Shown here in pieces: positions 1-10,900 of a stretch of 64,000 nt of DNA. Origin of the DNA: the human T2T-CHM13v2.0 reference genome, Homo sapiens; the NCBI RefSeq assembly GCF_009914755.1, contig NC_060947.1; one strand, 5' to 3'. Numbering within the stretch: the first letter of the stretch is position 1; each line of letters starts with the position of its first letter. The notes beneath the pieces were generated by a model, which saw only the letters and a list, made by a program, of their open reading frames with translations, searched no databases and was not told where the DNA came from. The position numbers and the translations under genes were made by a program.

Positions 1-1572
1 ACTGTCTATGTTTGTTGAAGACCCTGAGGCTCTACAATCAGCAAGTAGAAAAGCCTGTCAGACATGTGCTTTTTCCTTCAGGGCAGTAAGTTCCCCCTGG
101 TTGGTGGGTGCAGAGTTGCTGCCTGGGAGTTAGGACTAGTGGCAAACACTTTAGAAGTCTGTTCTGTTGTACTTCAGCTGAGCTGGCACTCACACCACAA
201 GATGCAGTTCTTCTAACCCTTCCCTCCCCTTTTCAAAAGCAGAAGAGCCTCATTCTACAGCAACTGCCACCATAGGCAGTACTACAGACTACCTCTAATG
301 TTTCCTTAAAGTCCAAGGGCTATTTAGTTAGCTTGTGATGAATAGTTCCTGGTCTAGGACTTACACTTTAGGGCTTTGGGCTTCCTTCTGGCCCCCAGCA
401 GGTACAAATATGCCATCCAAGAGTCAGGTCTTAGAATCAGGAACCCCAAAAGCCTGCTTGGTGCTCTACATCTCTGTTGCCATGCTGGTACGTAAGGTGC
501 AAGACAAAGTTTCCTTTGCTTTTCTCTGCTATTTTCAAGCACACAGAGTTTTTCCACATAGCCACCATAGGTGATAATGTGCTGAGTCTCACCTGAAGGA
601 AGCAATTCTCAGAGGCTCATTCAAAGTCCTCAACATAGGACCTGGGTATTGCTGCTGGTTCTCTAGTACCCCAGGGTTCTTCAGTTAGCAGGTGGTGAAT
701 GCTGCCAGGACTGGGCCCTTTTCTTCAAGGCAGCAGGTTCTCTTCCTACCCAAGGTGTTTATTTTGAGAGCTAAAGCTTGGAAATGGGGCCTCATGACTG
801 TTACCAGTGTCCTATCCTGCTGTAACTAAGTTGATATCCAAAATTCAAGACAAAGTTCTTCCGACTTCTCTCCTCTCCTCAAGCAGAAGATTTGTTTTGG
901 AGTTGTGAGCTGTGCAGCTTGGGCCTAGGGGAGGAGTGATGCCACCACTCTGTTATCGACCCCAGGTGGTGTCTGAGTAGCTTTCATGCTTCTCCAGTCC
1001 ACTGTCTCTGGACACAGTTCAGCACCAGGACTCACCTACAACTTACAGTTCTTATGGCCTAGACTGCCTTTCAAGTTTATTTGGAGCACAAAGTAATTTA
1101 GCCCTCTGTGGTGAAGTTTACCTGAGGTTTGCAGGAACTCAAGTTCAAACTGCTGGGATCCATGATTCCCCCCTGGCTAGGGCTAGTTTAAATGCTCCCT
1201 TTGTTGGCTAGTGTTAATTGAGTTTGGTCCAGTTATTTTTTATTTTTTTCTTCTCTAACAGGAAAGCTCTGAATTCAATGCATTACATTTGTTTTGCTAT
1301 CTCTCCCCTAGCATCCAGAGGTGCTCTCTACATCACACTGCCACTTTCAGGGGGTAGGGAAGGAGTGGCATTGGCAAACTAAGACTACTTTTTTTCTATC
1401 TCTTCAGTACCTTTTTCAGGGAGACGAAGTTAAAACTAGGTACTATGAGGGGTTATCTTATTTTTTGTTCATATAAAAGTTTTTTGTGTGCAAATAGTTT
1501 TTAAATTAGTGTCTCTGGGGGTGGGCAAAAGGTGGAGCCTTCTATGCTACCATCTTGCTCTGTCTCTTCTGT
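1..1572 (-). mobile_element. Old L1 (L1MA/L1M-type) 5'UTR, continues off the left edge
   Basis: Reverse complement of ~1530-1570 reads GAGCAAGATGGTAGCATAGAAGGCTCCACC, an L1M 5' start; homologous along its length to 12700-14200 (-) and 28941-29700 (+). Confidence 0.85.
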
Positions 1573-1634
1573 GATTTTCAAGTGGAAAGTTTTGAAAATT
1601 CCTATTAGGTCCATTTGCTTTTTGTTGTTGTTGT

Positions 1635-1812
1635 TGTCATTTAAAATTGTTAATAGTCACGCTAAAAAAATGGAAAAAGATGAACTTAATATTTTATGTA
1701 ATCCAGTGTATTTAAAATACCATCATTTTAACATGCAATCAGGTATTTTAAATTATTAATAAGATACTTTGCATTTTTTATTCTAAGTCTTTCATATATG
1801 ATGTGTATTTTG
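1635..1812 (-). mobile_element. MER33-like hAT-Charlie fragment
   Basis: TTAAAATTGTTAATAGTCACGCTAAAAAA...CATCATTTTAACATGCAATC...AAGTCTTTCATATATGATGTGTATTT matches recalled MER33 interior. Confidence 0.7.
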
Positions 1813-1857
1813 TTTTTTTAATTTTTTAATTTTTTTTGTCATTCATACATGCGTTTA

Positions 1858-2836
1858 TTCTTTTTTTTTTATTATACTTTAAGTTCTAGGGTACATGTGC
1901 ACAATGTGCAGGTTTGTTACATATGTATACATGTGCCATGTTGGTGTGCTGCACCCATTAACTCGTCATTTACATTAGGTATATCTCCTAATGCTATCCC
2001 TCCCCACTCCCCCCACCCCATGACAGGCCCCGGTGTGTGATGTTCCCCTTCCTGTGTCCAAGTGTTCTCATTGTTCAATTCCCACCTATGAGTGAGAACA
2101 TGCGGTATTTGGTTTTTTGTCCTTGTGATAGTTTGGAGAGAATGATGGTTTCCAGCTTCATCCATGTCCCTACAAAGGACATGAACTCATCATTTTTTAT
2201 GGCTGCATAGTATTCCATGGTGTATATATGCCACATTTTCTTAATCCAGTCTATCGTTGTTGGACATTTGGGTTGGTTCCAAGTCTTTGCTATTGTGAAT
2301 AGTGCCACAATAAACATACGTGTGCATGTGTCTTTATAGCAGCATGGTTTATAATCCTTTGGGTGTATACCCAGTAATGGGATGGCTGGGTCAAATGGTA
2401 TTTCTAGTTCTAGATCCCTAAGGAATCGCCACACTGACTTCCACAATGGTTGAACTAGTTTACAGTCCCACCAACAGTGTAAAAGTGTTCCTATTTCTCC
2501 ACATCCTCTCCAGCACCTGTTGTTTCCTGACTTTTTAATGATCGCCATTCTAACTGGTGTGAGATGGTATCTCATTGTGGTTTTGATTTGCATTTCTCTG
2601 ATGGCCAGTGATGATGAGCATTTTTTCATGTGTTTTTTAGCTGCATAAATGTCTTCTTTTGAGAAGTGTCTGTTCATATCCTTCACCCATTTTTTGATGG
2701 GGTTGTTTGTTCTTTTTCTTGTAAGTTTGTTTGAGTTCATTGTAGTTTCTGGATATTAGCCCTTTGTCAGATGAGTAGATTGCAAAAATTTTTTCCCATT
2801 CTGTAGGTTGCCTGTTCACTCTGATGGTAGTTTCTT
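1858..2836 (-). mobile_element. L1PA4/5-like, 5'-truncated (ORF2 C-terminus, 3'UTR, polyA)
   Basis: Poly-T then TTATACTTTAAGTTCTAGGGTACATGTGC; ORF 2075..2740(-) is the ORF2 C-terminal CCHC region ([18 protein letters not shown]...SLIGGN). Confidence 0.95.
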
Positions 2837-4459
2837 AAAGTCCAACTTAAGTCCAGTTTTTCTTGGTTGATTTTCTTTCTCAGTGATCTAAATAGTGCTG
2901 TCAGTGGAGTTTTGAAGTCCCCCACTATTATTGTATGACTATCTGTTTTCTTAGGTTTACTAATGATTCTTTTATGAATCTGGGTGCTCTTTCATTGAGT
3001 GCGTATATATTTAGAATTGTTATATCTTCTAGATGAAGTCATCCCTTTATCATCATGTAATAACCTTCTTTGTGTTTTTTATGATTATTAATTTAAAATG
3101 TTTTACCTGTTATTATAATAGCATAGCTACTCCTGCTATTTTGGTTTTCATTTGCATGAAATATCTCATTTCACTTCTTTACCTTCAGGCAATAATTATT
3201 TTAACCAGTTTCTCGTAAGTTGCATATAGATTGATTTTCTTTTATTTATGCCACCAATCTATATTTTAAATGGAACATTTATTTAATTTGTTTACATTTA
3301 CAGTTAATATTGATATGTGAAGTTTTGTCCCTGCCATAATATTAATTTGGTATCTAGTTGCTTTGTGTTTTATCTGAGTAATTGATTTATGAGATGTGAG
3401 ATTTATACTTTTGTGTGTTTTTAGGATGATAAGTATAGATCTTTTGCTTCCACATGTAGAACTCACTTGAACAGTTATTGTATGGCCAGTGTAGTGTTGA
3501 TGAATTTCCTCAGCATTTGATTATCTGGTAAAGACTATTTCTCTTTCATTCATGTAGATTATTCCAGCAAGATACAAAATTCATAGTTGACAGTATTTTT
3601 TTTTAAGTCTGAAAATAAAATCCCAATATCCTTTGGCTTTTAAATCTTCTGTTGAGAAGTTCACTGTTAGTGTCATCGGGTTTTCTTTATAGATGACTAG
3701 ATGCTTTTCTCTTCCTGATTTTAGGAATTTTTTCCTTCATGTTGACTTTAGATAGTTTGTTGACAATATGTCTTTGTGAATTCCTTCTTGTAATGTATTT
3801 ACTTGGAATTCCCTGAGCTTTTTATATCAAGATGTCTAAATCTCCTGCAAGATTAGAAATCTTTTATTCAATTATTTCCTCAAAGAGGTTTTTCAAGCCT
3901 TTATGATTTTGCTCTCTCAGAAACACCTGTGATTTTCAGGTTTAGGTATTTCATGTAATTTTATTTTTCTCAAAGGCTTTGTTCATTTTTAATATTTTTT
4001 CTATATTTTTGTGGGAATAAATTAATTTAAAAGACCTGTCTTCAAGTTATGAGTTTCTTTCTTCTGCTTTTTCTAGTATATTCTTAAGGCTTCAGTATAT
4101 ATTTTTTAATTTTCAGATGTTCTAATTTTTTTGTTTATTTGTTTGTTTTATATTCATTTACTTGGTAAATTTACACATTGATTTTCTGATTACTTTGTAT
4201 TTGTTTTTGGATTTCTCTTGAATATCAATATCTTAAATTCTTTATGTGGTATTAAAATATTTAATTTTGCTTAGGGTCCATTTCTAGAGAGCTAGTGTGA
4301 TCCTTTTTTTGTGTGTCATAACACTGGTTTATTAATGCTGCCAGAGTTATTTTGCTTTTTCTTTCTCATCTGTATAAACTACCTCTTCTTATTTTTGAAT
4401 TTACATCTTTTTTAATTAAATTTTTTCCATTTACGTTTAATTAAAAAGAACAAATTTTA

Positions 4460-4570
4460 TTAAAAAAAGAACAAAGCCTTTGAGACCTATGATATTACAT
4501 AAAACATCTAAGTCCACGAGTCATAGGTATTCTTGAGGGAGACAAAACAAAAAAGGTTGAAGCACCTTTT
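4460..4570 (+). mobile_element. Short inverted L1 ORF1 fragment inside the minus-strand L1
   Basis: Reverse-complement homology to 3883-3992, with a 17-bp perfect core GAACAAAGCCTTTGAGA (4469-4485 vs 3968-3984). Confidence 0.75.
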
Positions 4571-4814
4571 CTTTTTTATTTGCCATTAGTTCTGTTTTTT
4601 CTGTTTTGTGGTAAAAAATCTGTATAAATTTCTTGGTCATAGATATACTTAGCTTTCTGTTAGTAGTAATGGTGCATTGGGCACACAGTGTTGGGATGGC
4701 AGAAGTCTTAGAAGCTTATTTCATTCCCAAGCACTGTGCACTAGTGTAAGCAGATTTTGTATTGAGTTGTGCAGTTTGATCCCCAAGTTAGTAGGTGGTG
4801 TTTGCATGTAAGAG

Positions 4815-4969
4815 CAAAGTTCTTCCTACTTCTCTCCTCTCCTCAAGCAGAAGGACTGTTTTGGAGTTGTGAGCTGTGCAGCTTGGGCTTACAGGAGAAG
4901 TGATGCCACCACTCTGTTATCAACCCCAGGTGGTGTCTGAGTAGCTTTCATGCTTCTCCAGTCCACTGT
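4815..4969. repeat. 155-bp direct copy of 851-1005
   Basis: Ungapped manual alignment, 146/155 identical. Confidence 0.95.
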
Positions 4970-6073
4970 TTCTCCTGCTGTCTAGTACAGAAATGCTGTC
5001 ACTCTGTGTGTGTACAGCGGCTCCAGCTTTCATGCCATCCTTGGCCTAATGGCTACACTGACAGTGGGGTCACAGTAGACCCTAACAGCCCAAGAAAATC
5101 CATCTTTTGTTGTGCCTCTGCCAACTTCCCATGAAAGCAGCCATGATGGTATCAGCCCCAGTGGCAAATGGGGAGGAAAAGTCCCCCTCTCCACACCTGG
5201 GCCTGAACATCAAGGCCTATCGGCTGGTAGGATGAAATTACACTCCTCCACTGAAGAGCCAAGCACCACACCAATGTCTCTGCTGGAGGCAGTGCCATCA
5301 CTCACAGCCCACAAGCAGGAAGTTCTCAGGCATAGGAAGGCGGACACTCTTTATTCTTCTTCCAAGGGGTGCTCCATTGGTGTGTTGCATTCTCCCTTGT
5401 TCTAGAAGTACTCCCTGAGGGCTAGACCACTAGGGATACTTCAGCTGCTGTGGGTCCATCCAGCTCCGTGTGACTTCTGCAATCCAAGTGAGTGCTGGAA
5501 AATGTTATCAGGGTCTCCTGTTATGCGGAGAAACAAGGGCTGGGGCTCCCTGGGAAGAACTGCGTCCCCAAAACATAAACCCCAAGTATGGTGCCATGCA
5601 GCCACCACTCAGGTTAAAGGGAGAGCAAATGACCCAGCATCAGTTAGTAGTATGGTGCCGTGCCCTCAAGGAATCCTCAAATCACCACCCACACTCATGA
5701 TTGTGTTCACAATGGTCAAAGAGCTCTCCAGCAGTTCAGATACAGTCCACCACAGCGGGAAGGAAACCCAAAGCACTCCTGTCTATGATGAAATACAGAG
5801 ACCCTCAATTATCCTAGCCAATTTTTACCAGCCTCTTCCTCTTTGTCTGTGTCCCAGCTTCCTCCCGTGAGTTCTCCACTAGGTTTCAGTACTCTTCCCT
5901 TGATATTCTATTTGAGTTATAATTACTCATTTGCAACATTGATTCTTGTTTGTGAAGAGATGGGCATCTAATGTTTCTAGTCAGCCATCTTGAACTAGAA
6001 CTCAGAAGCATATGTCTAATTTATCTTTTTAAGCATTATTTTTGCTTAACCGAAAGTTACAAAATTTCTCCAA

Positions 6074-6386
6074 TTTATTTATTTATTTATTTTTTATTTA
6101 TTTTGGAGACACCATCTTGCTCTGTTGCCCAGGCTAGAGCGCAGTGACGCCATCTTGGCTCACTGCAAACTCTACCTTTCAGGTTCAAGTGCTTCTTCTG
6201 TCTCAGCCTCCTGAATGGCAGGGATTACAGGTGCCCGTCATGACACCTAGTTAATTTTTGGATTTGTAGTAGAGACGGGGTTCTCCATGTTGGCCAGGCT
6301 AGTCTCAAACTTCTGACCTCAGGTGATCTGCCCACTTCGACCTCCGAAAGTTCTGGGATTACAGGCGTGAGCCACTGCACTCGGCC
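6074..6386 (-). mobile_element. AluSx-like
   Basis: Full dimer antisense, (TTTA)n tail, CCTCAGGTGATC diagnostic. Confidence 0.9.
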
Positions 6387-7392
6387 AATATTTTAATCTT
6401 TAGACTTTATATTTAGTTCTAGTATCTAATACGAATTAATGCTTGTGTACAGTGAAGAGAAAGAAGTTTTATTTTTTATGTGAGTAGCTAATTTTTATTG
6501 GTATTTTTGGAAAGTTTCTTCATTCTCTACTGTATTGCTTTTTTATTTTAGATGTTATAGATCATGTAGCTTTTTGTTGATGTTATTATATTTTTTTGTC
6601 TATCTCATATCCAGAGAGAGGAAGAGATTTGAAGACGTCACCAGTTAGGCAGTAGCAGAGTTGACATTCTGAAGTTAGATGAAAAAACTGTGAAAAAAAA
6701 TGCCAGCATACACACACTTAAAGATGGCTTAAAGCAAAATAATTTTTATAGAAGTTGTGTGCTCTTTTAATATTGGTAATACATATTTAATAATACAGAA
6801 TTATGACTACTTTTATAACTGCAATTCATTGAAGTTTTGTTACATGAGAAAATTTTTAAGAAATCTGAGTTGGGCATGTTGTTATAAATGAGGCTAGTAT
6901 GAAAGTTATTTTTTAATTATAAAGAGGCCATCTATTTCTATTTACTCAGATTATTACAAACTTCACCGATTTCTTACTTCAAGTCAAATATTTTAAAAAT
7001 ATTCTCAATTAAAATTATTTTATTTATTTTAAAAATGTAAAACAAAGGATCATTTATTTGAAAGTTGCTTTTCCATGATATCTCTTTTCATATATACCCT
7101 AGATTATGCCTAACATTACAAGGCACCTTGAAAAAGATTAAAAGCCTACATTGAAATCATTCTAGTTGATTTATTTTATAATACTATAATTGGCAAGCAA
7201 ATAGTGCATGTATTTATGAATTGCAATGTGGTGCTTTTATACAGGTATACTTTGTGAACTGAGAAAATCAGATTAATTAACATTTTAATTCACATACTTA
7301 TTTCTCTGTATCACTCTTTCACTGTGCTATTCATTTTTCAATTAACAATAATAATATTTTCTATAAACTAGTCCTACATTTAAACGTTTCTT

Positions 7393-7892
7393 TTTTTTAA
7401 TTTTTTTATTATTATACTTTAAGTTTTAGGGTACATGTGCACAATGTGCAGGTTTGTTACATATGTATACATGTGCCATGTTGGTGTGCTGCACCCATTA
7501 ACTCATCATTTAGCATTAGGTATATCTCCTAATGCCATCCATCCCCCCGCCCCCCACCCCACAACAGTCCCCGGTGTGTGATGTTCCCCTTCTTGTGTCC
7601 ATGTGTTCTCATTGTTCAATTCCCACCTATGAGTGAGAACATGTGGTGTTTGGTTTTTTGTTCTTGCAATAGTTTGCTGAAAATTATGGTTTCCAGTTTC
7701 ATCCATGTCCCTACAAAAGACATGAACTCATCATTTTTTATGGTTGCATAGTATTCCATGGTGTATATGTGCCACATTTTCTTAATCCACTCTATCATTG
7801 TTGGACATTTAGGTTGGTTCCAAGTCTTTGCTATTGTGAATAGTACCACTATAAACATACGTGTGCATGTGTCTTTATAGCAGCATGATTTA
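7393..7892 (-). mobile_element. L1PA3/4-like 3' end with TSD
   Basis: L1PA 3'UTR; TSD TTAAAC(G/A)TTTCTT at 7380-7392 and 7893-7905. Confidence 0.95.
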
Positions 7893-7980
7893 TTAAACAT
7901 TTCTTAATCTTCCATTTTTATTTTTCACTTTTTTCCCAAATTTACAAATCGCATCAAACAAATTTTTCTTTAAAAGCCTG

Positions 7981-10900
7981 TTCTTTTATTTTTAATTTTT
8001 GTGGGTACCTAGTAGTGTCATATATTTATGGGGTACATGAGATGTTTTGATAAAGGCTTGCAAAATGAAATAAGCGCATCATAAAGAATGGGGCATCCAC
8101 TACTACAAGCATTTAGCCATTGAGTTGCAAACAATCCAATTACACTATTTAAGTTATTTTAAAATGTATATTACAGTTATTATTGACGAGAGTCACTCTG
8201 TTTTGTTAGCAAATAGTAGGCTTTAATTATTATTTCTAACTATTTTTGTTTCCCATTTACCATCCCTACCTCGCCCCCAGCACCCCACTACACTTTACAG
8301 GCTCTGGCAACCATCTTTCTACTTTTTATGTTCATGAGTTCAATTGTTTTTTTAGATTCCACAACAAGTGAGAACATATAATGTTTGTCTTTCTGTGCTG
8401 GGCTTATTTCACTTAACATAATGATCTCTAGTTTCCTCCATGTTGTTGCAAATGACTGGATCTCATTCTTTTTTATGGATGAATAGTACTCTGCTGTGTA
8501 TATGTAACACATTTTATATCCATTCATCTGTTGATAGGCATTTAGGTTGCTTCCAAATCTTACCGATTGTAAACAGTGCTGCAACAAACTTACTTAAGAC
8601 TGCAGATATCTATTTAATATGATGATGTCCTTTCTTTTAGGTAAATATGCAGCAGTGGGATCGCTGGATGACATGGCAGCTCAATTTTTAGTTTTGAGGA
8701 AACTTCAAACTGTTCCCCATATCGGTTGTACTAATTTACATTCCCACCAAAAATGTACACAGGTTCCCTTTTCTCCACATTCTCGCCAGCATTCGTTAAT
8801 GCCTGTCTTTTGCCTATAAGCCATTTTAACTGCTGTGAGATTATATCTCATTGTAGTTCTGACTTGCATTTCCCTGATGATCAATGATTTTGAGCACCTT
8901 TTTATATGCCTGTTTGCCATTCGTATGTCTCATTTTGAGAAATGTCTATTCAAATCTTTTGTCCATATGATTATTAGAATTTTTCCTATAGTTATTTGAG
9001 CTTGTTTTATATTATGACTATTAATCCTTGTCAAAGGCTTAGTTTGCAAATATTTATTTCCATTCTGTGAGTTGTCTCTTCACTTTGTTGATGATTTATT
9101 TTGCTCTGCAGAAACATTTTAACTTGATATGATCCCATTTGTCCATTTTTGTGTTGGTTGTCTGTGCTTGCAGAATACGGCTCAAGAACCTGGAGATTTT
9201 CTCAAAGGTTTTCTTACAGTAGTTTCATGGTTTGAGACCTTAGATTCAAGTCTTTAATTTATTTTGATTTGATTTTTGTATATGGTGAGAGATAGGGGTC
9301 TAGTTTTTTTCTTCTGCATGTGGATATTCAGGTTTCTCAGCATCATTTATTGAAGAGACTGTCTTTTCCCCACTACATAGTCTAGGCATCTAGACACCTT
9401 TGTAAAAAATGAGTTAAGGTCTGTGGATTTGTTTCTGGGCTCTCAAATTTGTTCCATTTTTCTATGTGCCTTTTTTTATGCCAGCATCATGCTGTTTTTA
9501 TTATTATAGCTCTGTAGTATAATTTGAAGTAAGGTAATGCGATTCCTCCATTTTTTTTTTCTTTTGCTTAGGATAGCTCTGGTTATTCTGGATTTATTAT
9601 GGTTTCATATAAATTTTCAGATTTTTTTCCTGTGAAAAATGCCATTGTTATATCGACAGAGATTGCATGAATTAATAGATTGCTTTGGGTACTATGGATA
9701 TTTTAACAATATTAATTCTTCCAATTCACAAACATGGAATATTTTACCATTTTTTGTTTTCTCCTTCAATTTCTTTCATTAACATTTTATAGTTTTTATT
9801 ATAGAGATCATCCAATTCTTTGGTTAATTCCTAAATATTTAATTTTATATGTGGTTATTGTAAATGAGTTTACTGTTTTATGCCTTTTTTTAAATTGTTC
9901 ACTGTTGGCATATAGAGATGCTACAGAATTTTCTGTCTGATTTTTTTATCCTGCCATATTACTCAATATGTTTATCAGTTCTAACAGTTTTTCTGTGGAG
10001 TCTAGGTTTTTCCAAGTAAGATAACATATCGCCTTCAAGCAAGGATAATTTGATTTATTCCTTTCCAATTTGGATGCCTTTTATATCTTTCTCTTGTCTG
10101 CTTACTCTACCTAGGACTTCCAGTATGATATTGAATAACAGTGTTGACAGTGAAAATCTTTGTTATTTTCCAGATCTTAGAGGAAAGGCTTTTAGTTTTT
10201 TCCTATTCAGATGATAATGTGCTGTTTGTCATACATGGCTTTTATTACACTGAGTTATATTCCTTCTATTACCGGTTCTCTGAAGGCTTTTATGATGAAG
10301 GGATTTTGAATTTTATCAAATACTTTTTCAGCATCAACTGAAATGATCATGTGAATTTTATTTTTCATTTTGTTGATATGATAGATTACATTGAGTGATT
10401 TGCATAATATTCGCTTTATACAGCTGGGTGCTCCAGTGTTAGGTGCATATATATTTAAAACTGTTATATTATCATACCGAATGACCCCATTATCATTACA
10501 TAGTGACCGTCTTTGTCTTCTCTTATAGTTTTTGTTTTGAAATGTATTTTATCTGAAATAAGTATAGTGACTCCTACACTTTTTAGATTTCATTGGCATG
10601 TAATACCTTTTTCTATCCCTTTAGTCTATGTGTGTCTTTATAGGTGAAGTGTTTTCTTGTAGACAACATTTTGGTTTTTTTATCCATTTATTTGGCCTAT
10701 GACTTCTGATTTCAGAGTTTAGTCCATTTACATTTAATGTTATTATTGATAAGTAAGCACCTGTTATTTCCACTTTTAAATTTGTTTTCTGGTTGTTTTG
10801 TGGTCTTCTCTTTCTTCCTTCTTTCATTCCCATCTTCCTATAGTGAAGATAATTTTCTCTGCTAATATGATTTTGTTTCTTGCTGTTTTGTGTATCTAGT

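Larger units (their letters stand above)
2837..5998 (-). mobile_element. Old L1M 5' portion (5'UTR, ORF1, start of ORF2 endonuclease), decayed
   Basis: GAAGTCCCCCACTATTATTG (EN IIVGDF, antisense), ORF1-like T-rich tract, 5' start CAGCCATCTTGAA at ~5982-5994. Confidence 0.8.

Noticed and set aside
2075-2740. 221-aa ORF (and similar ORFs at 7616-7900 and 17512-18012) as genes
   Set aside because: They are the C-terminus of L1 ORF2 in 5'-truncated copies, without promoter or RT
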